A stretch of 64,000 nt of DNA from positions 37,126 through 101,125 of the forward strand of contig JBBIUN010000006.1 in assembly GCA_037440225.1 (NCBI GenBank), read 5' to 3'. The stretch is from Gemmatimonadota bacterium. Its GTDB lineage: Bacteria; Gemmatimonadota; Gemmatimonadetes; Gemmatimonadales; GWC2-71-9. The notes below the pieces were generated by a model, which saw nothing but the letters and a program-made list of their open reading frames with translations, did not search any database and was not told the origin of the DNA. Shown here piece after piece: positions 20,077-28,636 of this stretch. The first letter of the stretch is position 1. Each line of letters begins with the position of its first letter. The position numbers were made by a program, and so were the translations under genes.

Positions 20077-21765
20077 GTGGGGCGCAGCATGCTGCGGTTG
20101 ATCCTGTATCCCAAGTGGCGCACGATGCTGGCCCGGATTCGGCAGGAGCGCGGCGGGGGAGGCGGCAAGATCCTGGTGGTGGCCGGCGTGGGGCTGGTCT
20201 TCTGGGTTTTCGTGTTCGGGGTGCTGTACCGAGTTCTGCGCTACTTCCGGGGGGTGGAAGACATCGGGCCCTTGCTGGCCGGGAAGTTGTTGGGGCTGGT
20301 GCTGCTTTCGTTTCTCTCCATCCTCCTGCTGTCCAACGTGATCACCGCATTGTCCTCGTTCTTCCTGGCGAAGGACTTGGACCTGTTGGTCGCGGCGCCG
20401 GTGGACTGGCTCGATCTCTATCTGGCGAAGTTGGGGGAGACTCTGCTCCACAGCTCCTGGATGGTGGCGTTGATGGCGATCCCGATTTTCTCGGCGTTCG
20501 GGGTGGTGTATCAGGGCGGGTGGTGGTTCCCGCTCGAGGCTTTGGCTGCCTTCCTGCCCCTGCTGGTGCTGCCCGCGGTGGTGGGGAGCGCGGTGACCCT
20601 GGTCTTGGTGAACGTGTTCCCGGCCCGGCGCACCCGGGATTTGCTGTCGGTCATCGCGGTGGGGGCCGCCGGAGGCGTGGTCTTGCTGTTCCGCCTGATT
20701 CGGCCGGAACGACTGGCCCGCCCGGAAGGCTTCAACAACCTGCTGGACTTCATCACGGTGCTCCGGACCCCGACGTCTCCCCTTCTGCCGAGCGAGTGGG
20801 CGACCAAGACCGTGATGGGGGTGCTGGTGGGGCCGTTCGACGGATTGCCGCTGGCCCTGCTGTGGAGCACGGCTCTGGCGTTCGTGGTGTTGGGGGCGTG
20901 GGTGCACCAGCGGCTCTATCCCACGGGGTTTACCAAGGCCCAGGAAGGGGCGGAGCGATTCGTGCACGGCTGGATCTGGCGAACCTTGTTGGATCCTGTG
21001 CTCCGGCGGGTGGATGTCTCGCGCCGGGAGTTCGTGATCAAGGACGTCAAGTTGTTCTTCCGCGACACCACGCAGTGGAGCCAGCTCATTCTCCTGGCCG
21101 TGCTGGTGGTGATCTACCTCTTCAACATCCGGGCGCTGCCGCTGTTCACCGGGGAGCGGGTACCGTTTTTCCTGGTCAGCATGGTCTCGTTCCTCAACTT
21201 GGGCTTGGCGGGGTTCGTGCTGGCCTCCATCGCGGCCCGGTTCATCTTTCCCGCCATTTCGTTGGAGGGGCGGCAGATGTGGCTGCTGCGCTCCAGTCCC
21301 CTGGATCTTCGGGCGTTGTTGTGGTCCAAGTACTGGACCGGCACCGTACCCCTCTTGGTGCTGGCGCTGATCATCACGGTGTTCACCAACGTGCTGCTCA
21401 AGGCGTCGCCCTTCATGATGGCCGTGGGGCTGGGCACCATCGTGCTGCTCACCGTAGCCATCAGCGCCTTGGCGCTGGGCTTCGGGGCGCTCTATCCGCA
21501 GTTCGAAACCGAGAACGCTGCCCAGATTCCCACCTCGTTCGGCGGCCTGGTGTTCATGATGACCACGGTGGCGTTGCTGGCCGTCGTGATCGTGATCGAG
21601 GCGGTCCCGGTGTATGCCTATCTCCGGGCGACGTACCGAGGCAACCCGATCCCCGTCAACGCCACCATGGTGGGCGCCTTCGTGGCGGTCGCGGCTCTGT
21701 GCCTTGCGGCCACGGTGATCCCGCTCAAGGTGGGGCTGCGGCGGATGGAGCAATTCGAGTTCTAG
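20077..21765 (+). CDS. Large polytopic membrane protein, putative ABC exporter permease
   Basis: 562 aa with at least 10 hydrophobic segments. It starts (GTG 20077, or ATG 20089) directly after the ATPase stop. Confidence 0.6.
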   Translation: MGRSMLRLILYPKWRTMLARIRQERGGGGGKILVVAGVGLVFWVFVFGVLYRVLRYFRGVEDIGPLLAGKLLGLVLLSFLSILLLSNVITALSSFFLAKDLDLLVAAPVDWLDLYLAKLGETLLHSSWMVALMAIPIFSAFGVVYQGGWWFPLEALAAFLPLLVLPAVVGSAVTLVLVNVFPARRTRDLLSVIAVGAAGGVVLLFRLIRPERLARPEGFNNLLDFITVLRTPTSPLLPSEWATKTVMGVLVGPFDGLPLALLWSTALAFVVLGAWVHQRLYPTGFTKAQEGAERFVHGWIWRTLLDPVLRRVDVSRREFVIKDVKLFFRDTTQWSQLILLAVLVVIYLFNIRALPLFTGERVPFFLVSMVSFLNLGLAGFVLASIAARFIFPAISLEGRQMWLLRSSPLDLRALLWSKYWTGTVPLLVLALIITVFTNVLLKASPFMMAVGLGTIVLLTVAISALALGFGALYPQFETENAAQIPTSFGGLVFMMTTVALLAVVIVIEAVPVYAYLRATYRGNPIPVNATMVGAFVAVAALCLAATVIPLKVGLRRMEQFEF

Positions 21766-21767
21766 CC

Positions 21768-22679
21768 ATGTCGCTACGGCCCGTGCAAAGGATCATCCAG
21801 TCGAGGCCGACCATCGAAGGGGCGGGCGTGCGCTTGCACCGGGCGTTCGGGTTTGGCGAGACCGAGGCCTTCGATCCGTTCTTGCTGTTCGACGACTTCC
21901 GCAACGACAATCCGGAGGACTTCCTAGCGGGTTTCCCCTGGCACCCGCACCGGGGGATCGAGACCATCACCTACGTGCTCAAGGGTACGGTGACCCACGG
22001 CGACAGCCTGGGCAATCGCGGTACGTTGGGGGCCGGCGACGTCCAGTGGATGACGGCGGGGAGCGGGATCCTGCATCAAGAGATGCCCCGGGGAGATCCC
22101 CAGGGACGGATGCACGGGTTTCAGCTTTGGGCCAACCTTCCCGCCTCGCTCAAGATGATGCGCCCGCGCTACCAGGACATTGCGGCGCGCGACATTCCGG
22201 AGATTACCGACGACGACGGGACGCGCGTGCGGGTCATCTGCGGGGAGTTTTGGGGGGCCAGGGGTCCGGTCGAAAAGGTGGCGGCGGACCCTCAGTACCT
22301 CGACGTGTGGGTGCCGCCGGGGAGGAAGCGGCGGCTGCCGGTGGCAACCGACCGGCACGCCTTCGCCTATGTGTTCGAGGGATCGGGCACGTTTCGGGAC
22401 GCTTCGGATCCTCGCGGGGTCATCACGGAGCAGGTGGGCGAGGCGGGTGTGGGGGGGACGGTGCGGGAGCCTGCCGGCAACCGTTCGCTCGTGCTGTTCG
22501 ACCGGGGCGATGAAGTCGTGGTGCAGGCGGGCGAGCCAGGGATCCGGTTCCTCTTGGTCTCCGGCCGGCCGCTGCGGGAGCCGGTGGCGTGGTATGGCCC
22601 GATCGTGATGAACACGCCGGACGAGCTGCGCCAAGCGTATGCCGAACTCCGCGAGGGGACCTTCATCAAGCACACCTGA
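21768..22679 (+). CDS. Pirin family protein
   Basis: This is the C-terminal part of track ORF 20115..22679. ATG 21768 gives 303 aa: ...GAGVRLHRAFGFGETEAFDPFLLFDDF...GFPWHPHRGIETITYVLKGTVTHGDSLGN... Confidence 0.9.
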   Translation: MSLRPVQRIIQSRPTIEGAGVRLHRAFGFGETEAFDPFLLFDDFRNDNPEDFLAGFPWHPHRGIETITYVLKGTVTHGDSLGNRGTLGAGDVQWMTAGSGILHQEMPRGDPQGRMHGFQLWANLPASLKMMRPRYQDIAARDIPEITDDDGTRVRVICGEFWGARGPVEKVAADPQYLDVWVPPGRKRRLPVATDRHAFAYVFEGSGTFRDASDPRGVITEQVGEAGVGGTVREPAGNRSLVLFDRGDEVVVQAGEPGIRFLLVSGRPLREPVAWYGPIVMNTPDELRQAYAELREGTFIKHT

Positions 22680-22724
22680 GGTTGCCTGGCCGGAGCCGGC
22701 CACCGGCGCCGGTGCTCCGGTGGC

Positions 22725-23579
22725 TCAGCGATGGATGACGTGACAGTTCTCGCATGCCGCGCCCGGATAGTGGGACGGGCTGAAGGTCCGGGGCAGCGGT
22801 CTTGCGCTCGAGGCTCGGGCCCAGGCCTCAGGTTCTGCAGCCGCGGCGGCGTTGTGGCAGCGGGCGCAGAGGAACGCCATCGCGGCATCCCGCAGGAGGA
22901 ATGCCTGCGGGGCACCGTGGAGCGCGTGGCAGTCGCCGCAGGAGGCGGCGCTATGCGCTTTCAATCCCGCCAGTTCCGGAGCGTGGCAGGATCCGCACCG
23001 GTCGAGCTGTTGGGCGGCCGAGACGACCTGCATGGTCGGGTCGTGAGGATCGTGACAGGCGGTGCACTCGATGGTGCCCGCCCGAGCCCAGGCTCCGGCT
23101 CCGGGAGCTTGCCAGGGGCGCGCTGCCGGAGCCAAGCGCCGCCCGGCGTGTGCGGCCCCTAGGGGGTGGTCGTCGGAGAGGTCGGGGCCGAGGTAGCGCC
23201 CGGAGCCCTGCGGCAGGCGGTCGGCATCCGGCTGGCGACGGCGCGTGGCCTCGTCGAAGTGACATCGGAGGCAGCTTTCGGTGACCGCTCCGGCGCCGGG
23301 GGCATCCACCGACAGCCAGGCGGTGGGCTGCCGTTCTCGTTCATCGGTTCGGAGGCTGTACTGGCCGGGCCGGCCCGGGTGGGATCGGTGGCAGGCGTTG
23401 CAGAACCCGGCGGGCGAGCCGCGCAGGACCGCGTGGCCGCCGCTGGGGCGCATCTCTTGGGCGGCGAGCCGGCCCGCTGTCGCCAACGCCGCGGCTGCCC
23501 ATGCCAGGCAGCGCAGCCGGGAACGCACCGCGGGGGAGGCGGTGCGCGGTGCCGTCGCGTTACGGGCGGGCTGCGGCAT
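22725..23579 (-). CDS. Heptaheme c-type cytochrome
   Basis: 284 aa with 7 CxxCH motifs: CNACH, CLRCH, CTACH, CGSCH, CGDCH, CARCH, CENCH. It has a hydrophobic signal-like N-terminus and the SDDHPL and CTACHDPH contexts also seen in the paired-CxxCH cytochromes of this locus. Confidence 0.85.
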   Translation of the reverse strand: MPQPARNATAPRTASPAVRSRLRCLAWAAAALATAGRLAAQEMRPSGGHAVLRGSPAGFCNACHRSHPGRPGQYSLRTDERERQPTAWLSVDAPGAGAVTESCLRCHFDEATRRRQPDADRLPQGSGRYLGPDLSDDHPLGAAHAGRRLAPAARPWQAPGAGAWARAGTIECTACHDPHDPTMQVVSAAQQLDRCGSCHAPELAGLKAHSAASCGDCHALHGAPQAFLLRDAAMAFLCARCHNAAAAAEPEAWARASSARPLPRTFSPSHYPGAACENCHVIHR

Positions 23580-24723
23580 CGGCCACGGGCGGTAGAGGCC
23601 CCACGAAGCCGTACACGGCGATCTTGCGTGGGCCGTATTGGTTGGTGACCCAGAGCAGATACTTGACCTCGAAGCCGGGCCGCGCGTACTGCCGGAAGTA
23701 GCTCACGTGGTCGTAGTCCACCACGACTTTGGCGGGCAGCACCATGTCCCCCGGCCCGTTGCCCGGCCCTCCGAAGAACATCAGGAGCCGTCCGTCGGGG
23801 CGAAACACCTGGACGTTCTCGAAGGCGGCATCAACCACATATACCAGGCCCTGGCGATCCACGGCCACGCCTTTGGGGCGCGTGAACGTACTCGGTCCCT
23901 GCCCCGGCCGGCCGATGGTTTGCACGTAGGCTCCCTCCGTGGTGTAGACCAGGACCCGCTGCTTGAGCATGTCGGATGCGTACACCCGGTGACCGGCCAC
24001 GTAGAGGTTGGCCGGAGCCGCCAGGCCGGCGGAGTCGGTGGCCGGGACGTCGGGGAAGTGGAACAGCGGCCGTCGAGTGGCCCGATCGTACACCCGCACC
24101 CCGAGTCCCGCTCCCAGGTGCGACACGTATATCCGCTCGCCGCTCACGAAGACGTCGGCGGGATTGCCGCCGTCTTCGTCGCCGAACGTCCCCTGGTAGC
24201 CGCCATCCGGGCCGTACACCACGACCTGCCTTCGGTGCAGGTCGGTCACATACAGGGTGCCGCGATCGTCCACGAAGCAGTTGGCCGGCCGCCGCAGACC
24301 GTGGGGATCTTTGGGCTGGAAGAAGGCGATCTCCCGGCGGGCCAGGTCCACCACGTCGAGACCTAGGATGTCCTGGTCGCAGACATAGGCCTTGCCGCGG
24401 TGCAGGGCCAGCCCGTAGGGCCGGGCGATGCCTTTGGCGCTGCGAGAGGGCCGCCCCACGATGCGGTCCAGCAGGGACGGTCCCTTGTCGGCAAGATCCA
24501 GCTCGGTGCTGAAGCTGGTCAGAAACTGGATGCGCGCCGTATCGGGCGGTGGTGGGTACACGGGGAGGTGCTCCGGTACCGGAGATCCGGCCCGCCCGCC
24601 GCAGGCCAGTGCCGCGACTGCCAGAGCGAAGGCTGCACCCAGCCGGGCACTGCGGAGGGCGGCCCTCGGGCTCTGGGGAGGAGCCTCGAGCGTTCTTGCC
24701 CGCGCCAGCCGCGTAACGTCCAT
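23560..24723 (-). CDS. NHL-repeat beta-propeller lipoprotein
   Basis: The track ORF starts at TTG 24750; ATG 24723 gives MDVTRLARAR.... Lipobox-like LAVAALAC. Repeated NHL-type units (RPANCFVDDRGTLYVTD, NPADVFVSGERIYVSH, RPKGVAVDRQGLVYVVD). 20-nt overlap with the heptaheme gene. Confidence 0.8.
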   Translation of the reverse strand: MDVTRLARARTLEAPPQSPRAALRSARLGAAFALAVAALACGGRAGSPVPEHLPVYPPPPDTARIQFLTSFSTELDLADKGPSLLDRIVGRPSRSAKGIARPYGLALHRGKAYVCDQDILGLDVVDLARREIAFFQPKDPHGLRRPANCFVDDRGTLYVTDLHRRQVVVYGPDGGYQGTFGDEDGGNPADVFVSGERIYVSHLGAGLGVRVYDRATRRPLFHFPDVPATDSAGLAAPANLYVAGHRVYASDMLKQRVLVYTTEGAYVQTIGRPGQGPSTFTRPKGVAVDRQGLVYVVDAAFENVQVFRPDGRLLMFFGGPGNGPGDMVLPAKVVVDYDHVSYFRQYARPGFEVKYLLWVTNQYGPRKIAVYGFVGPLPPVADAAARP

Positions 24724-24747
24724 GCGTCTTTGGCCTCTGGGACAAGG

Positions 24748-24775
24748 CAAGGGGCGGCCGCGCGGCCGCCCCTTG
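24748..24775 (-). terminator. 28-nt perfect GC-rich palindrome between the tetraheme and NHL genes (hairpin; attenuator or RNA-stability element?)
   Basis: The sequence caaggggcggccgcgcggccgccccttg equals its own reverse complement. It lies in the 81-nt intercistronic gap. No U-tract follows on the transcribed strand, so it is not a canonical intrinsic terminator. Confidence 0.35.
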
Positions 24776-24804
24776 GATCATCTCGAGCTAGGTCCGCCTT
24801 CCCA

Positions 24805-25440
24805 TCACTTGTTGTGGCACACCAAGCAGTTGGTGTCGTAGCCGGTGTAGGGCCGGAAGAACAACCCCGCCGTCCCCGGCTTGTGCGGGTCGTGGCAGGA
24901 ACCGCATTCCACCGTCTTGGTGCCTGTGCCGTACAGCCTCAGTCCGGCCGCAGCCACTTCGGTCGGCGCCCGCAGCCCGGTGTCCACCGTGTTGTCGTAG
25001 ACGATGCTCACCGGGTGATCATTGGACAGGTCCGTGCCGATCACGGCGTCCCCGGTCAGGTACTTGGGGATCGTGTCCTGGCCCGCGATCGTGCCGCCCA
25101 CCGCGTTGATCGCGGTCACCCCATCGTGGCAGCTCAGGCACGCCTTGGAGACGCCACTGGGCTGGCTGATGGTGTTGTCCAGGGTGCTGCTGCTGTACAA
25201 GGTGAAGGTTTGGGTGGTGAGGTCGTGGTTCCACAGTGGAGCGTCGGTGGACAGGGCGCTGTGGGCGGTGTGGCACGAGGAGCAGAGGCCGTACTTCTGG
25301 GTGACGGGATCCCAGAAGTTGTAGCTGCTCGACCCGTTGACGAAGTCGTGCTTGCTGCCGTCAATCTGGGCCCACACCCGCGGAGCCGCCAACGCCGCCA
25401 GTGCCAAGAGAGCGATCCAGCCCTTTGCGAGACGGTTCAT
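24805..25440 (-). CDS. Tetraheme c-type cytochrome (secreted)
   Basis: 211 aa with signal peptide MNRLAKGWIALLALAALAAPRVWAQ and 4 CxxCH motifs (CSSCH, CLSCH, CGSCH, CLVCH). It has SKHDF and SNDHPVS contexts. Confidence 0.85.
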   Translation of the reverse strand: MNRLAKGWIALLALAALAAPRVWAQIDGSKHDFVNGSSSYNFWDPVTQKYGLCSSCHTAHSALSTDAPLWNHDLTTQTFTLYSSSTLDNTISQPSGVSKACLSCHDGVTAINAVGGTIAGQDTIPKYLTGDAVIGTDLSNDHPVSIVYDNTVDTGLRAPTEVAAAGLRLYGTGTKTVECGSCHDPHKPGTAGLFFRPYTGYDTNCLVCHNK

Positions 25441-25531
25441 CTTCCTCCTCTCTCCTTTCGGTCGCGCTGCTGCAAGCAGCCGTACGGGGTCCCTGCGTAC
25501 TCCGAGCGAGGCCTAGTTTGCCATCCCCTGC

Positions 25532-25559
25532 TTGAAGGCGTGGTGAACCGTGGGTGAGA
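25532..25559. promoter_or_regulatory. Three hexamers phased at 11 bp (TTGAAG-n5-GTGAAC-n5-GTGAGA) in a divergent promoter region
   Basis: Read directly: hexamer starts at 25532, 25543 and 25554. The site is 92-119 nt upstream of the tetraheme start and 106-133 nt upstream of the hexaheme start. A related triple repeat lies at 31465-31492. Confidence 0.3.
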
Positions 25560-25664
25560 CGCAACTCACCGAGCGGCGACCTCTTGAGGCGCGCTTGAAT
25601 ACCGCTTCACGCCTGATTTAGCGATGAACCAAGCCGGAGGCAGTAGATTGGCGCACGGTGCGGT

Positions 25665-26570
25665 ATGCGGGCCAGACTCCGCGACATCCGGCTACTCTGC
25701 CAGGAGCATGCCAAGGGGGCTCTCCCCGCCGCCCTGGCGTTGCTTGCGCTCGGGGCCTGTGCCCGGGCCGCAGGCGTCCTGTTCGACCTTCCGCAGAACG
25801 CAGCACCGACCGCAGCGCCCGCGGCGCAGATTTCGCCCCCCGGCGTTCTGCGTGCGCCCGGCGCGCCGGATACCGCGAGGCCCCCTATTGAGGGGACCCT
25901 CGATCCGGACAGCACGCTCGCCCGCCTGCCCAGGCACGCCAACGGCGAGGTGGATTGGACCGCGGCGCTCGAGCAGGGGGTGATCCGGCCCCGCGACGCA
26001 GCTCCGGGGCTCGCACCGCCCGTCTATCTCGAGGGCTTCGGATACGACTTCGTTTTTCCGGGACCGGAACCCGATTTCGATGCCCGATTCCCGCACACCC
26101 GGCACAGCCCGTGGTTGGCCTGTTCCTCCTGCCACGGCGGCCTGATCCGCTACCGCGGCACTCCCATCACCATGGACCAAATTGCGAAGGGGGAATCGTG
26201 CGGCACCTGTCACGGCCCCGTAGCCTTCTCGCGAGAGGCCTGCGGGCGATGCCACCCCGGCATGCCGCCGGGCGAGTTCCGGGCCGAATTGAGCGACGAC
26301 ATCGTGCTGGCCCGGGCCGCCGACTCGGCGGGGGCCGCTGCCGCTTTCCCGCGCAGCCGGTTCGCGCACTGGGTGCACCGGATCCGGTACCGTTGCTCGG
26401 CGTGCCATGATGCCCTGTTTCCGATGCGCGCTGGCGCCGACACGCTGAAAATGGACGACCTCGCCGCGGGACGGAGCTGCGGGACCTGCCATAACGGGAC
26501 CTCTGCGTTCGGCCTGCTGGAGTGCACCCGGTGTCACGCGGCCTCCCGCCGCCAGGAGGGGGAGCGGTGA
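25665..26570 (+). CDS. Hexaheme c-type cytochrome lipoprotein (two c7-type triheme units)
   Basis: 301 aa with lipobox LALGAC and 6 CxxCH motifs arranged as two copies of F.H..H....CxxCH...M....G.sCGtCH....AF....CxxCH (CSSCH/CGTCH/CGRCH and CSACH/CGTCH/CTRCH). Confidence 0.85.
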   Translation: MRARLRDIRLLCQEHAKGALPAALALLALGACARAAGVLFDLPQNAAPTAAPAAQISPPGVLRAPGAPDTARPPIEGTLDPDSTLARLPRHANGEVDWTAALEQGVIRPRDAAPGLAPPVYLEGFGYDFVFPGPEPDFDARFPHTRHSPWLACSSCHGGLIRYRGTPITMDQIAKGESCGTCHGPVAFSREACGRCHPGMPPGEFRAELSDDIVLARAADSAGAAAAFPRSRFAHWVHRIRYRCSACHDALFPMRAGADTLKMDDLAAGRSCGTCHNGTSAFGLLECTRCHAASRRQEGER

Positions 26571-28483
26571 GGAGAGTGCTGGCGATCGCCGCGCTACTCG
26601 CGGCGGGACCTCGGGCCTTTCGGGCCCAGACGGTCTTCGTGTGGGATCGTTCGCGCAGCGAGGTGGGGGCCCGGGGGTCCGGCTCGAGCAGCGCGGAGGC
26701 CAGCCAGAACTCGGCACAGGGGTGGGTGAAGGTACGGGCTTATGGATCGCTTTTCAGCCCGGAGCTGTTGGCCTTCGGCATTGGGCTGCAGCCTGGCTTC
26801 ACCTGGACGCGCTATGCCTTCCCGCTGGGCGGGGGCGGGAGCGACGACCGGCTGCTGGGCACGGACGGGTACCTGGATCTCCTGCGCCACCGCGCGGTAT
26901 CCGGCTCCCTGCGCTGGCTTCGGCTCGCCCACGATCAAAACGGCCGGGGCGGCTACCTCGGCGACGCCACCGGCCGAAGCGCCACGCTCGAGTCCTCGCT
27001 TCGCTACGACAATCGCCTCATGCCGCTCCGATTCGAATACCGGGACGAGAGCTGGAGCCAGCAGTCGGTATTGGGAGGCGACGCGCAGCGCACGACGTCC
27101 TCCATCGAGAGCGTGCGTCTCTCGGGCCGGAACCGCAAGACCGGCTTCCAGCTCGAGCGGCGGGTCACCCGCGAGCCGGAGCCCCTTACCTACCGGCAGG
27201 CCGCGATCGAGAACCGGCAGAGTTGGGGCAAGGGCAGTCAATTCGAAGTCGTGGCCAGCGCGTTGGACCAGCGCAGCGTGCGGCTCGGGACGGCCTCGAA
27301 CACGCAGTGGGGGATGGGGCTCCACCTCCAGCACCTGCGCTCCGTCTGGAGCGACTGGTCGGTGGGCCGTTGGGGGAGCCGTGCGGGAGACCAGCGAACG
27401 GCCCGCACCGTAGCCAGTGGCGGAATCGGGGCCCAAATCTTGACCAACGTCACCGGTGGCATCGCCGGGAGCGTGGTCAGCACCCGCTACGATGGCTTGC
27501 AGGAAGTGAGCCGCCGCATCGAGTCGCGCCTGGCGGCGCGGGTGCGGTTGCCAGCCGGGGCCTGGCTCGGCGCATCGGCCTCCGCAGGGTACGAGCACCT
27601 CGCGATCTCTCGGGGCGAGGCCGCCTGGGTCACGGTGGTGGGCGAATCCCATCGGCCGGATGCCAGCGGGAGCTTCATCCTGAACCGGCCCGAGGTGGAT
27701 CCTGGCAGCATCTTGGTCACCGGGCCGGATGGCAGCGTGCTGGTCCGAGGATTGGACTACGACATCACCGAAGCCGCCGGCATCATACAGGTGGTTCTGC
27801 TCCCGGGAGCCCGGGTTGCGCCCGGGGCGCCGGTTGTCGTCAGCTACCGATTTCGGGTGGCCGCCACCGCGACGGCGCCGTCGTTCGTCGGCTCGTACAG
27901 CGCCGACTTGCAGATTCGCGGGCTCCGCGTCTACCACCGCGGCTTGATGCGCCACCCGCAGACCGAGCAAGCCGCGGATCCGGCCCTAGCCGGCGTGCCC
28001 GAGGTGGACTGGGTGACCACCGGCTCCCAGCTCGTCATCGCGAGCCGGCCGGTTCGCGCCACGGTGCAGGCCGAGCGGAACCGTCGGACCAATGCCGGAG
28101 TCCACGCTACGGTTTCTTCGGTGGGCGCGACCGTGGGCGCCTGGCCCCACCGCCGGGTCCGCGCATCCTTGCAAGGGGGATATCAACTCACCGAGGCGCC
28201 AGCCGGCGCGTACCGCCTCGCGACCGCCCGCTCCGCGGTGGAATGGCTACCAAGCGGGGCCTTGGTGCTCGAAGCAGCCTCGAGCGTCTGGCGCGCGCTC
28301 GAGCGAGACAGTGTGCGGCGGCGGGAGCTGGGGTTGGCCGGACGGCTCACCTGGCAGCCCGGGCTGCTGCGGGTCGTGGTGTCGTACCAAACCCGCGACT
28401 GGCGCGAGACGATCTTCATCGGGCCGGCGCCCCGCGCGGTGGGCAGCAGCCGCTGGGACATCGCCCTCATCCGTACGTTCTGA
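26567..28483 (+). CDS. Predicted outer-membrane beta-barrel protein (638 aa)
   Basis: GTG 26567 overlaps the hexaheme stop (GTGA) and is preceded by AGGAGGGGGAG. Signal peptide VRRVLAIAALLAAGPRAFRAQ. Many alternating-polarity strands rich in Y/W/R/G. The C-terminus is ...WDIALIRTF (terminal aromatic). Confidence 0.65.
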   Translation: MRRVLAIAALLAAGPRAFRAQTVFVWDRSRSEVGARGSGSSSAEASQNSAQGWVKVRAYGSLFSPELLAFGIGLQPGFTWTRYAFPLGGGGSDDRLLGTDGYLDLLRHRAVSGSLRWLRLAHDQNGRGGYLGDATGRSATLESSLRYDNRLMPLRFEYRDESWSQQSVLGGDAQRTTSSIESVRLSGRNRKTGFQLERRVTREPEPLTYRQAAIENRQSWGKGSQFEVVASALDQRSVRLGTASNTQWGMGLHLQHLRSVWSDWSVGRWGSRAGDQRTARTVASGGIGAQILTNVTGGIAGSVVSTRYDGLQEVSRRIESRLAARVRLPAGAWLGASASAGYEHLAISRGEAAWVTVVGESHRPDASGSFILNRPEVDPGSILVTGPDGSVLVRGLDYDITEAAGIIQVVLLPGARVAPGAPVVVSYRFRVAATATAPSFVGSYSADLQIRGLRVYHRGLMRHPQTEQAADPALAGVPEVDWVTTGSQLVIASRPVRATVQAERNRRTNAGVHATVSSVGATVGAWPHRRVRASLQGGYQLTEAPAGAYRLATARSAVEWLPSGALVLEAASSVWRALERDSVRRRELGLAGRLTWQPGLLRVVVSYQTRDWRETIFIGPAPRAVGSSRWDIALIRTF

Positions 28484-28636
28484 CACGTTCCGGCACCGGG
28501 CGGAGGCCCGCGGCGGCTGCCGCGACAGGGACTCCACTCATCTCTCATTGCAGTGCAGCCCGGCGCGAGCCACCGGGCACCGCGCCCGCCGGCGCTTCCG
28601 ACGAAACCCGTGGCTGGGGCGTTTTGACCAATCCGA

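Noticed and set aside
19039-21753. 904-aa minus-strand ORF, the longest in this region
   Set aside because: It is antisense to the ABC ATPase and permease genes. It has extreme His/Gln/Arg/Glu/Pro/Gly low complexity and no TM segments or motifs. The sense-strand genes have Walker motifs and TM helices.
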